Below the pieces are notes generated by a model. It was not told where the DNA came from, did not search any database, and saw only the letters and a list, made by a program, of their open reading frames with translations. From contig OZ024751.1 in assembly GCA_964016885.1 (NCBI GenBank), positions 50,282,001 to 50,346,000 on the forward strand: a stretch of DNA of 64,000 bases, given 5' to 3'. A program made the translations under genes and the position numbers. Source of the stretch: Eledone cirrhosa (Eukaryota). Positions 1 to 12,160 of this stretch are shown in pieces (the stretch's first letter is position 1; each line of letters starts with the position of its first letter).

Positions 1-184
1 GGGTCATACATTTTCCTATTGCCCACTCTACTACCCTAACTATTGAGTACTCTGGTGCTTTATATATATATATACGAGGGGGCATTCGAGTAGTTTTGAG
101 CCGTCTCTAAGTTATTATAATTTTTACTATATCATTACTATACATCCAATAAGCTGACCTGCCAACCTTTGTTATTCTAGATTG

Positions 185-282
<98 letters not shown>

Positions 283-289
283 TATTTAC

Positions 290-908
290 GTCAGGTCACC
301 AGTTGGTGCTACTGGTAACATGTATCCCAGTTCAACCTGTCTCATAGTCGGGTCGTTGGCGACTAAACTGGCAACCCCACCAAGGTTTCTTAGTGAGGAG
401 GGGGTCTTTGGACATCCTGCAGGACTAAAAACAAAACCTGTCCAAGGGCAAAGGAGGTCTTAGGAGTCAATGGCCATCCAAAATCACCGGGAGAGATGAC
501 CCCTTAGCCTTTGTCAAGGCAAAATTCTAGGAGAAGGAAAACTCTGATATAACACCTGCAACCCTAATGGTATCCAATGATGTTGACTTGTTCTTCTTTT
601 TGGTAAATATCATCTTGGTTAAGAGAGTGGGACTAGCTTTGTGCAGTGCCTTTGCTCACTATAAAAGCTTCACAGCACAGGCATTGCTTTATATCTGGAG
701 ATCTCTCTACACTTGTCATCACATGGTACCATGGGCCCAGCACTATGTGTCAATAATTGTCACAAGTGTAGTGTTTGTACCAGAGTTTTCAAGTCGCTGG
801 CTGGACTAAAAAGTCACACTCGTTCAGCGCATCGGTACGGGTTCTCCTACATGGATATAAAGTAGTGGCCGTACTTGAAAACGAGTTGGCAGCCACCATG
901 TATGTATG

Positions 909-913
<5 letters not shown>
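290..913 (+). mobile_element. Internally deleted RTE-clade LINE derivative (5' UTR-like head, C2H2-finger-encoding 3' end, (TATG)n tail)
   Basis: Near-identical second copy at 2298-2880 and diverged relatives at 5770-5965 and 52760-52840. The 3' part encodes CSVCTRVFKSLAGLKSH, resembling RTE ORF C-termini, and ends in a short tandem-repeat tail. Confidence 0.65.
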
Positions 914-953
<40 letters not shown>

Positions 954-982
954 GTGGTTACACAACAGTTAGTTCACCATAC

Positions 983-1020
983 CGAGAACAATTGTTTCAC
1001 CTTAGCGGATCCTCAGCTCG
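983..1020 (-). ncRNA. Type-I hammerhead ribozyme motif in a ~105-bp TA-flanked element (951-1056)
   Basis: Minus strand reads CGAG-CUGAGGA-UCCGCUAAGGU-GAAAC-AAUU-GUU-CUCG. Stem I CGAG/CUCG; palindromic stem III ACAAUUGU. Confidence 0.75.
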
Positions 1021-1177
1021 TAATGGACATGGTTATACGGAACGGGAAGGACAACATATATATATATGTATGTGTGTGTATATATATATATATATATTGT
1101 GTGTGTGTATATAAACAAAGGAGTGAGGAGAGAGAGATAATTTGTATGTGTCTGTGTGTGTTAAAGAAAAAAAACTA

Positions 1178-1480
1178 AGTCCGTGCCGAGGTTTACTTTG
1201 CCTTTCATCCTTACGGGATCGATAAAATAAGGTACCAGTAATGTACTGGGATAATTGCTGGCCTTGTGCCAAAAGTAGAAACAATTATATTTATGATTGG
1301 CAGTATCAGTAGAAGGTCGGACCCCATGCTTTGCAGCATAGAGTTACGCCCCTTTATGGTTTGAGTTCAAATCCCGCCGAGGTTCACTTTGCCTTTCATC
1401 CTTATTGGGTCGATAAAATAAAGTTCCAGTAATACACTGGGATAATTGCTGGCCTTGTGCCAAAAGTAGAAACAATTATA
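1178..1480 (+). mobile_element. Two tandem copies of tRNA-derived SINE family A (truncated 1178-1290, near full-length 1296-1480)
   Basis: Matches the full-length copy at 36111-36292: B-box GAGTTCAAATCCC, core GACTTTGCCTTTCATCCTTACGGGGTCGATAAAATAAAGTACCAG, 3' end GTAGAAACAATTAT. Confidence 0.85.
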
Positions 1481-2110
1481 TTCATCGAACCCAGAAAGAC
1501 GAATGTCAAGTTTCACATGGTGTGATTTGAACTGTAAGGAAAGAGATCTTGAACAAACACTGCAAGATATTCTATTCAACGCCCTATAACGACTCTTTCA
1601 ATTGCCAGGTTCTAGTGATAAGCCATGACAATAAGAACTTAATAAAATCAATGTGGTTTGTAACGCCAAGCGAATCATTAGTTTGAATTAGTAATTCATG
1701 TGAACTGAAGTCTAATTGAAGCATGTGGACTAGAATCTACTCAATATTTCATATCAGATTCTCAAGTAGTTGTCTTGACTTTTCATTTAGCTTGTATTGT
1801 TGGTATTGTTGTATAGCTCTGTATTTGTTTGTTCTTGGTTTTAGTTTGATTTGTTTTTGTGTTGTTTTGTTTATTTGTATGTATTTATTTATTTCTTAAA
1901 GAGTTTGCATTATTGAGTGTAACTGTTCATTTTAAAAGTTGTTCATAGAAAGAGGATGAGGTCTTCTAACTATGACATACAGTCAGGCACCGGAATAGTA
2001 CTGTCTGAACACGAGACTTCTCTTCCTCGTGGCAAACTTAACTTATTCCACTTCATGAACATTTTGCAAGCAAAATCTCCTTATAAATCTGCAAATAAAT
2101 ATACGTAAGC

Positions 2111-2194
<84 letters not shown>

Positions 2195-2297
2195 CAATTA
2201 TAAAGTAAGAAGAAATAGTAGACACAGATATATACCTATTTTTTCTTCAATGTCCCGACTGTGAAAAAATATATGTGTATATACACATATATGCACA

Positions 2298-2880
2298 CAT
2301 ACATACATGCATGGTGGCTGCCAACTCGTTTTCGAGTACGGCCACTACTTTATATCCATGTAGGTGACTTTTTGGTCCAGCCAGCGACTTGAAAACTCTG
2401 GTACAAACACTACACTTGTGACAATTATTGACACATAATGCTGGGCCCATGGTACCATTTGACGACAAGTGCAGAGAGATCTCCAGATATAAAGCAATGC
2501 CTGTGCCGTGAAGCTTTTATAGTGAGCAAAGGCACTGCACAAAGCCAGTCCCACTCTCTTAACCAAGATGATATTTACCAAAAAGAAGAACAAGTCAACA
2601 TCATTGGATACCATCAGAGTTGCAGGCGTTATATCAGAGTTTTCCTTCTCCTAGAATTCTGCCTTGACAAAGCTAAGGGGTCATCTCTCCCGGTGATTTT
2701 GGATGGCCATTGACTCTTAAGAGCTCCTTTGCCCTTTGACAGGTTTTGTTTTTAGTCGTGCAGGATGTCAGGTCACCAGTTGGTGCTACTCGTAACATGT
2801 ATCCCAGTACAACCTGTCTCATGGTCGGGTCGTTGGCGACTAAACTGGCAACCCCACCAAGGTTTCTTGGCGAGGAGGGT
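2298..2880 (-). mobile_element. Second copy of the RTE-derived element, with its 5' ~113 bp inverted
   Basis: 2310-2769 is the reverse complement of 411-900 (with a 29-bp deletion). 2767-2880 matches 290-403 in + orientation. Confidence 0.8.
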
Positions 2881-2915
2881 GACATACATGCATATATATA
2901 TACATACATACATTT

Positions 2916-3007
<92 letters not shown>

Positions 3008-3279
3008 TATATAATATATATATATATGTATATATGTATGTATGTATGCATGTATGTATGTATGTGTCTATATATGTGTATATATATGTATATATATATA
3101 TATAAATACATATATGTATTTATATATGTATATATATACACAAAATATTCTCTCTCACTCACTCTCTCTCAGCCTCTCTTTCTTTCTATCTATCTCCCTC
3201 TATCTCTATCTCCCACTGTATGCATGTACCTATATATGTGATTATATATGTATATATATATAAATATATATTTATATAG

Positions 3280-3400
<121 letters not shown>

Positions 3401-3426
3401 CATATATACATATATATATATGTATA

Positions 3427-3464
<38 letters not shown>

Positions 3465-3485
3465 CATATATACATATATATATAT

Positions 3486-3534
<49 letters not shown>

Positions 3535-3849
3535 AATATATGAACTTTCGTTTACATGTATTTAGTTTTGTTTATTGTGTATCGATCTGTTACGCGCCAG
3601 TGTAATCAGTCTTCTACAATAAAATGGAATATGGAATATCTGAAATGAAATATTTAGTATCGTCACAGAATTTCTCCAATAAGCTCATTGTTTCTATTGG
3701 TCAATAATTCTTAATGAATTTTCTAATTAAATCATCCGATGGTATTTCTAATTAGGACATAAAGAAACTCATGTCTACCATATACTGTAATAAATAAAAT
3801 TTAAATCAATAGCTCCAGGTGGTTTATGTTAGAGAAACATTTAACCATG

Positions 3850-5090
3850 AACTGCATGGCAACGGATCTGTGTAGAGGTAGATGTAAACTGTATTGCTAG
3901 AGGTTTATGTAGGGGTAAATGTGAGCTGCATGGCTAGGGATCTATCTAGACATTGATGTAAGCGGCTTAACAAGGGATCAGTGTAGAGGTAGATGTAAAC
4001 TGTATTGCTAGAGGTTTATGTAGGGGTAAATGTGAGCTGCATGGCTAGGGATCTATCTAGACATTGATGTAAGCGGCTTAACAAGGGATCAGTGTAGAGG
4101 TAGATGTAAACTGTATTGCTAGAGGTTTATGTAGGGGTAGATGTAAGCTGCATGGCTAGGGATCTATCTAGACATTGATGTAAGCGGCTTAACAAGGGAT
4201 CAGTGTAGAGGTAGATGTAAACTGTATTGCTAGAGGTTTATGTAGGGGTAGATGTAAGCTGCATGGCTAGGGATCTATCTAGACATTGATGTAAGCGGCT
4301 TAACAAGGGATCAGTGTAGAGGTAGATGTAAACTGTATTGCTAGAGGTTTATGTAGGGGTAGATGTAAGCTGCATGGCTAGGGATCTATCTAGACATTGA
4401 TGTAAGCGGCTTAACAAGGGATCAGTGTAGAGGTAGATGTAAACTGTATTGCTAGAGGTTTATGTAGGGGTAGATGTGAGCTGCATGGCTAGGGATCTAT
4501 CTAGACCAGTCATGGGCAACCTGCGGCCCGTGAAGCTTTCTGAATGGCTCGCCTAAGTCACCTAAGTGAAATCTTTCTGAGTTTTTTACCCCAACTTTTC
4601 AGTCGTAATTTATCTTTCAATCATTTTTATGATCGAGGGTAACAACGTGTACGAATTCTGAAGAAACAAATCAAAACAACCTGAGTTACCACCCTTTTTT
4701 TTTTAATGTGGGCATGAATGTAAATTAGCGCTTGCAGCCCACCTGATGATGAGCCATGCGGTCCGCTTCTCTAAAAAGGCCGCCCATGCCTGATCTAGAC
4801 ATAGATGTAAGCAGCTTGACAAGGGATCTATGTAGAAGTAAATGTAAGCTGTATTGTTAAAGGTATATGGAGATGTAATTGTAAGCTGCTTGAGTAGGAG
4901 TCTATATAGATGGAGATGTAAGTTGTATTGCTAGGAATCTATCTAGACTTAGATGTATGTGGCTTGACTAGGGGTCTATATAGATGCAGATATAAGCTGT
5001 ATTGTTAGCGGTCTATGTAGACATAGATGTATGTGACCTGGCTAGAGGTTTATGTAAACTTAGCACCGTTGACTAGAAATCTATACACCA
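3850..5090. repeat. 37-bp minisatellite with a 111-bp (3x37) higher-order repeat, interrupted by a MITE
   Basis: GGGATCAGTGTAGAGG recurs at 3974, 4085, 4196, 4307 and 4418 (period 111). Each unit has three related 37-mers. Diverged 37-mers continue at 4801-5090. Confidence 0.9.
4507..4792. mobile_element. hAT (Charlie-like) MITE
   Basis: Imperfect TIRs CAGTCATGGGCAACCT / AGGCCGCCCATGCCTG. 8-bp TSD ATCTAGAC at 4499-4506 and 4793-4800, matching the NTCTAGAN Charlie target. Confidence 0.85.
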
Positions 5091-5259
5091 AAATGTTGCT
5101 GTTCGGAAGCTTTCAAATGTTGCAATGATGACATGTAAAACAAGGTGGGGGTGATGATGGTGATGATGGCGCTATATAACTGACAATAGTAATGCAAATA
5201 ACAGTTTGTTTCACAACAGAAATCTATAGAAACCAAATTAGAAAGGAAATCAGTCGGTT

Positions 5260-5430
5260 TCGACGATGAGCGTCGCAGTTGTTCGATAAAGAGAACAACC
5301 TACTCATGAACTTAACGTAAGTGGTTACGTATTCAATAGACGCGTGAATCGTTTATGTAATCCTCAGGGAGATCCAGCATGACATAAAGTATAACAAGGC
5401 TGGCCCTTTTAATTACAGGTATAGCTCATC
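5260..5430 (-). mobile_element. Diverged 3' part of SINE family B
   Basis: Reverse complement resembles 28990-29170 (AAAGGGCCAGCCTT...CCACTT.CACGTTAA.TTCATGAG). Confidence 0.55.
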
Positions 5431-5549
5431 CAAAGAGTCTCCATCCATTCACTTTTGCTCATAACATAAATGTTAACCTGACTGTATAGTATCTAATCTA
5501 ATCTGGCCGAGTTTACTCTCGCAAATAAGAAGAAGCATTGGATTTTGTG

Positions 5550-5965
5550 TACTTTATATTTGTTTCGGTTGCTGAACACAAACAGGGTCGCTGCTTCTCC
5601 TGAAGGTCAATAGTTCTCTTCTAACTCGAGCGGGGCGCCTTTCCATTGTCAATTTTGCATTGATCATCTGCAAAGCCGCATTGTTCTCAGAACCGCTACA
5701 CCAGTCTTTCAATGCAGCTGGAACTACTGCCACCCATTGATTTGGCAGGATTTTTTTTTTTTTTTTTTTTTTTTTAGATGGCAGGTGACTCATGAGTTTT
5801 TCCGCCGCTTGTCAGGCTTTGTTTTTTGTCCTGCAGGGTGTCCAAAATCACCCTCCCACTAAGTAAACTTAGTGGGGTTGCCGGTTTATAATCGCTGACG
5901 ACCCGACCATGCGACAGGTTGTTCTGGGTTACATGCTACCAGTAGCACTCGAGAGTGACCTGACT
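5550..5965 (-). mobile_element. Diverged RTE-like 5' head related to the 290-913 element
   Basis: Reverse complement of 5810-5965 aligns by eye with 290-450 (GTCAGGTCAC...GTGCTACTGGTA.CATGTA.CCCAG..CAACCTGTC.CATGGTCGGGTCGT). Left boundary uncertain. Confidence 0.6.
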
Positions 5966-6419
5966 GTATAGTAAACGATATTTACCCAAGATGAAACGCA
6001 ATAGGATCGAACGCGGGACTTATTGATTGCTGAAAAAACTTCCTAAGAATTCATCTATGATGAGTCCGAAAATCAATCGAATATATCTCATTAAATGTTC
6101 TTTTTTTTATTTTTTCTTCTAATGAGGTCCTGGGAGACGGACTTCTGTTTATAAATAGTCTGTAAACAGTAATAATGTGTATATTGATTGAGGAAGTGTG
6201 TAGCGGGGTTTCTATGTATTGTCTGTATTATAGCTATAGAGCTCTCAATATCATCATATATGTATTTTGGTCAGCATGTAAATAATGAGGTGTTTATGTG
6301 CACGTGTCTATGTGGTGTGTTTGTAGAGATACGTGTGTTTATATTCTTATACTCTTTTAATGGTTTCAGTTGCAGCCACGCAGAAGTGATGCCTTATATA
6401 TATATACATACATATATAT

Positions 6420-6489
<70 letters not shown>

Positions 6490-6492
6490 TGT

Positions 6493-6524
<32 letters not shown>

Positions 6525-6525
<1 letters not shown>

Positions 6526-6911
6526 AGAAAAAGTATGACTCCGGCGGCAGAGCTCAAGGCGTTTCGACGGCTATTTCTGGACTCCTATTTCACACTCTAC
6601 TACCCTAAATATTGAGTACTCTCGTGCATTATGGTCCATCTGGTTCCTTACCACAATTCCTTTGTTATATATATATATATATATAACGAAGGAAGTGTGG
6701 TAAGGAACCAGGTGGGCCATAACGCACCAGAGTACTCGACACTTAGAGTAGTAGAGAGGGTAATAGGAAAAGAGTCAGGACCCCGACGGCTGAGCTCCGG
6801 CCGTTTCGACAGCTGAGCTCCGGCCGTTTCGACAGCTGAGCTCCGGCCGTTTCGACAGCTGAGCTCCGGCCGTTTCGACAGCTAGATCCGAACAGTTCGG
6901 ATCTAGGTGTC
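6525..6911. mobile_element. Two adjacent copies of the ~120-bp TA-targeted hammerhead-like element; one fold-back, one with a 4x23-bp internal tandem and terminal hairpin
   Basis: Shares ATAAC.AAGGAA.TGTGGTAAGGAACCAG.TGG.CCATAACGCACCA...GAGCTC..GCCGTTTCGAC with 16222, 25012 and 36350. 23-mer GCTGAGCTCCGGCCGTTTCGACA at 6789, 6812, 6835 and 6858. Confidence 0.8.
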
Positions 6912-6919
6912 TAAACGGT

Positions 6920-6921
6920 GC

Positions 6922-6961
<40 letters not shown>

Positions 6962-6984
6962 GGTGGTGGTGGTGGTGGTGGTGG

Positions 6985-7045
<61 letters not shown>

Positions 7046-7046
7046 G

Positions 7047-7086
<40 letters not shown>

Positions 7087-7108
7087 CAGCAGCAGCAGCA
7101 GCAGCAGT

Positions 7109-7183
<75 letters not shown>
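6920..7183. repeat. Compound (TAG)n/(TGG)n/(CAG)n microsatellite
   Basis: Read directly from the sequence. Confidence 0.95.
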
Positions 7184-7433
7184 CACATTACTGCTAATAT
7201 AATGAAAAAAAAAAGTGTTTTTTCTTATTTTCCATTAATTGAAAGGAATGTCGAAATAATGCTGTTCAAGTAGAACGTATTGGAACGGTTAGATGTTTGT
7301 GATGGCTTCCAACCAATATACCAATACATAAATATCGATTTCATTCGAAGACATCAATGGTAACAAACAAAAGTTATACATGATATTGATTAGGCATATG
7401 GATAAACATTTGGATAAATATATGCATGATAAT

Positions 7434-8290
7434 AATTGTTTCTACTTTTGGCACACGGCTAGCAATTATCCCAGTGTATTACTGGTACTTTATTTTATCG
7501 ACCCCGTAAGGATGAAAGGCAAAGTTAACCTCGGCGGGATTTGAACTCAGACCGTAAATGGCCGTAATTCCATACTGCAAAGCATTGTGCCCTTGAGCAA
7601 GACGCTTCTTTTTATGTTGCTGGGGCTCCTATTAATTAAAACACCCAAGAAACCTCATATGAAAGGAAATCTCTTGAAGGCCAGCTAAACCTACAGGTTC
7701 ATCACTAAATAAAGTAATTTCTGGGTTAGGCACAACACCAACAAACTTGGGGAAGGGGGAAGTCGATAAAATTGATTCCAGTGCATTACTGGTGCTTTTT
7801 TTATCGACCCCGTAAGGATGAAAGGCAAAGTTAACCTCGGCGGAATTTGAACTCACAACGTAAAGAGCCTTTCCTCAATTAATATAGGATAGGGGATCTA
7901 CAGAGTCAATCGTTTAACACCATTTAGTTTGCCTCGTTACATTGTGAGTTCAAATACCGCCGCCATTAGCTTTGCCTTTCATCCTTACGAGGTCGATAAA
8001 ATAAAGTACAAGTAATGCACCCCCAAAACATTGCTGGCCTTGTGCCTAAATCAGAAACTACTAATATAAGATTGGGAGAGTCAATAGAGCATCGGGAAAA
8101 TGCTTTGCAGCATTTATTTTGGCTCGCTCATTACATTCTGAGTTCAAATCCCACCGAAGTCAACTTTCTCTTTCATTCTTCCCTGGTCGATAAAATAAAG
8201 TATTAGTTAAGTGCTAGTGTCAAAATAATTGACTTTCTCCTTTTCCCTCACATTACTGGCATCGTGCCAATGCTAGAAATAATTACTATT
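7434..8290. mobile_element. Cluster of four SINE family A copies (7434-7590 -, 7715-7870 -, 7940-8060 +, 8075-8290 +)
   Basis: Each carries the CTTTGCCTTTCATCCTTACG..GTCGATAAAA core (or a diverged version) and a B-box. Confidence 0.8.
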
Positions 8291-8477
8291 AATAGAATTT
8301 TAATTAATGGGTGGGATGTTTTGTTAGAATTGGTAAAACGGCGGATAAAATTCCTTGCGGTGTCTAATGATAGTCATTTAAGTTCTACTTGACATTCTCA
8401 CCCAGATCAAAGTTGTGTCTTATTGTTAGAGGAAGATTATTAAAATATCTACCAGAAAAGTATTTCATCTTATTGGT

Positions 8478-8557
8478 TAGTAGCAGTAGTATTAGTGGTG
8501 GTGTTGGTGGTGGTGGTGGTGGTTTTGGTTGTGGTGGCAATGGCGGCGTTAGCAGCT

Positions 8558-8610
<53 letters not shown>

Positions 8611-8680
8611 GGTGGTGTTGGTGGTGGTGGTTTTGGTTGTGGTGGTTTTGGTTGTGGTGGCAATGGCGGCGTTAGCGGCT

Positions 8681-8751
<71 letters not shown>

Positions 8752-8806
8752 GGTGGTGTTGGTGGTGGTGGTTTTGGTTGTGGTGGCAATGGCGGCGTTA
8801 GCGGCT

Positions 8807-8871
<65 letters not shown>

Positions 8872-8965
8872 GGTGGTGGTGGTGGTGGTGGTGGTGGTGG
8901 TGGTGGTGGTGGTGGTGGTGGTGGTGGTGGTTTTGGTTGTGGTGGCAATGGCGGCGTTAGCAGCT

Positions 8966-9012
<47 letters not shown>

Positions 9013-9065
9013 GGTGGTGGTGGTGGTGGTGGTGGTGGTTTTGGTTGTGGTGGCAATGGCGGCGT

Positions 9066-9107
<42 letters not shown>

Positions 9108-9179
9108 CAGTAGCAGTAGTAGTGGTGGTGGTGGTGGTGGTGGTGGTGATGGTTTTGGTTGTGGTGGCAATGGCGGCGT

Positions 9180-9237
<58 letters not shown>

Positions 9238-9323
9238 GGTGGTGGTGGTGGTGGTGGTGGTGGTGGTGGTGGTGGTTTTGGTTGTGGTGGCAATGGCGGC
9301 GTTAGTAGTAGTAGTAGTAGTAA

Positions 9324-9396
<73 letters not shown>
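8478..9396. repeat. Higher-order trinucleotide repeat: 7 units of GGTTTTGGTTGTGGTGGCAATGGCGGCGTT-(AGT)n-(GGT)n
   Basis: CAATGGCGGCGTT occurs at about 8538, 8661, 8787, 8946, 9054, 9168 and 9291, with variable-length AGT/GGT tracts between. Confidence 0.9.
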
Positions 9397-9397
<1 letters not shown>

Positions 9398-9876
9398 TTT
9401 GGGAAGTGGTTACGTCACCACTGTGTTCTCATTCAGAAAGCCAACGATCACATGACCCATTATCGATCTGGCATCGATTATATTTAAATACGCTCTTATC
9501 TCGATTAAAATCGAAATCGACAGGCTTAAGACTACACTGGGAGTCAAAGACATGCCAACGGCCTCTGCTTGCATGGAGGAAATATATTTAATAACATATG
9601 TAAAGAGTGGAGAGGGTGGTGTAGATGGCGATGGTGGAGGAACGACTGACAGAATGGCTGAAGGAGTGGTGGGTAGAGATAAGGACAAGAAGAGAGTGGG
9701 ATATATAGATATATATATTTATTAAAATAACAGATTAAAGTTTAAACAAAGAATCGCTGCTATATATATATATATCAAAGAAGAGAAATAGGACGAAGGT
9801 AAACAATTACAAAAGAATTTAATCCACGTATTTACAATTGTTTCATCAGAATTTCAGTCCATTATTGCTACACTAT

Positions 9877-9950
9877 CCTTACAGGGTCGATAAAATAAAG
9901 TACCAGTAATGCACTGGGTAATTGCTGGCCTTGTGCCTAAAGTAGAAACA
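9877..9950 (+). mobile_element. 5'-truncated SINE A inserted in the PLE1 3' arm
   Basis: TSD ATTATTGCTACACTA(T) at 9861-9876 and 9951-9966. The empty site is present in the sister arm at ~12751-12770. Confidence 0.85.
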
Positions 9951-10374
9951 ATTATTGCTACACTATGTTATAATAGGCAATCAAGAAAGATACTGTGGCA
10001 TCCGAATTTTCAAAATACAAAGTTGGAATGACCTTAGGAAATGAAATAAGGGGTAGTAGTGTAAGATAGAGGAACAGAGAGAGAGAGGGGGGCAAAAGAG
10101 AGGGAGAGAGAGAGAGAGAAAAGGGATAGAAGAAGGGAGAGAAAGAGATAGTGTGGTGTGAGAGGATTTGTATAGGGAGGGGGAGGAGGGATGTGTGCTA
10201 AAAGTTGTGATGAGTAGAGGGAGAGAGAAGGAAGATAGAATTTTAAGAGGCATTTGGAAGTGGACAGGCGAAAGTCTTACCAGATAACAGATGAAGGAAG
10301 AAAGTATTAAATTTCATATATAGTCTATTTTTAGGGGTGTAGAATTGTTATTTAGGGTAGAAAGATAGGTAGTG

Positions 10375-12160
10375 TTAGGATTTGGTTGAAGGTTTGAAGT
10401 GTGAGAATTTCGCTTTCAGTTTATGCTGGCAAAAAATTGACCTTTTAATTTTGTTGTTGAGTAGTTGGTGGCTTGAGCTTAGAATATGGAAGAGCTCATT
10501 ATTACACAACGGGCACGTTTTCATCCCACTCCGGTATGGAGGAGCATGTGAGAGTTTGGTCCATTTAAGGGTGTATTGTCGGTTACTCCCTTTTAAGTGC
10601 CAAATTTTGTCGGCGAGAGTCGTTACGTAACGGTGTTGGTGGTGCTTTATTGCGTAACGATGCGTGTACCAAGGAGTTTTGAAGGTGTTTGCAGTGCTGC
10701 CTATGTAGTACCAGGTTTGGTTGCCCGACTCAACCGAGCACCTGTATACTAGGTTTGAATGCAAACATTCGTTATTCAATGGACAAGTCTCTGGAAGGTG
10801 GCAATTACAATTTCTGTTATGGGCAGTGGTGGAGTTATAGGTGTGCTGAGATGTGTGTGTGAGTGTGTTTTGTGCATACTGATTGTTAGTGGGTGGTTGT
10901 GTATTAGGTGTATTATTGTGTTGAGCGATTGGGGTGTTGTTGTTACGGAGTTTTTTGGCGTTGAGCATCTTAATGTGTGCGTCTAGGTTTGGTGCAGTGG
11001 AATAAGATAGTCTAATTGTTTTGGTATTAAGTATACTACTATATTTATGTGAATTTGGAAAGTGTTTTTTTATAATTTTATAGAATGTGGAAGGTAAGTT
11101 AGAGCTAATAGAAGAGTTAAAAATAGGATTATACCAAATGTAAGATCTACTCCGTGTTCTGTTTTGCTTTGATGTTGCTGTTGTATTTGTGGTGTGGTTA
11201 GTATTAGGGGGTCTAGGTGCGTGTGTGCGGGTGTTTGTGCGGCGTTTGGCGTGTCTGTGGTTATGTGTTTTATGGTTGTGTGGGTCCATGTATTCTAGTT
11301 TGTCGGTGTGGCCAGCCCGTTCTAATGCAGTGTTGTAGTATTCAGCGTGTTGATCGAATATTTGTTGGTTAGATGAGAGGCGGGATATTCTAAGTGATAT
11401 ACTATGTGGCACGGACCTTATAATAGATAGTGGGTGGTTAGAGCTAGTGTGGATGTAGGTGAGGTTCTCATTGTTTTTTGTGAAAGGGTGTGATAATTTG
11501 GGTGTTGAGGTTGAAGGTGGCATCTAGGAAGTTAACTACTTTGGTACTATATTCGTAGGTGATTTTAAGGCCAAGGCTATCTAGGGTTCTTCTAATGCTC
11601 TTACGGGTTCGTTCTGTTTTGTTTATTCATGTTTTTAACTAATAGGAGAGCGTCATCTCTATATATTCCGCCTTGAAGGTAACTAACTTTATTATGTAAG
11701 GTGTGGGCTATGTATATACCAACAATATCCGTAACTTGTGCTGAGTCATTAGCACCCATAGTTATGTCAAAGTTATCTATTCTATCCTTACGTATCCAAA
11801 AGTTATTTTCAAATTTAATTATCGTCTTTCTAGCTGCTAGGATAATGTTTATTTCGTCGTCGGTTAAGTCAGAGTTGGCTTTCGCAAATTCTAGTGCCTT
11901 GTTTAGAGTATCGGGTGATATGGAGGAGTAATAGTCATCAATGTCGAATTGTATAAAGTTAGAGGTATTTTTGTTATCTATACTATTAAACCATTTAATT
12001 GTGTCGCTAGTATTGTCCCAAAGTTTAATAACTAGTTTATTCCTTAATTGTATTATTATTCTATCTAAAATATGCTTGCTAATTTTACCTATGTCTGACT
12101 TAGATGGGCATATTAATCTAATAGTGGGTTTATCTAGGAAATCTAATTTGTGTCCTTAAG
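10375..12160 (-). pseudogene. PLE1 reverse transcriptase + GIY-YIG endonuclease, frameshifted and 5'-truncated
   Basis: Minus strand encodes FIQFDIDDYYSSI, FDITMGANDSAQVTDIVG, GGIYRDD, FLDAT, then CNCHLPETCPLNNEC and LVYRC...YYIGSTANTFK (GIY-YIG). Confidence 0.9.

Noticed and set aside
3850-4506. 37/111-bp array as a CRISPR or coding repeat
   Set aside because: The putative spacers are themselves repeated, and there is no ORF in the track.
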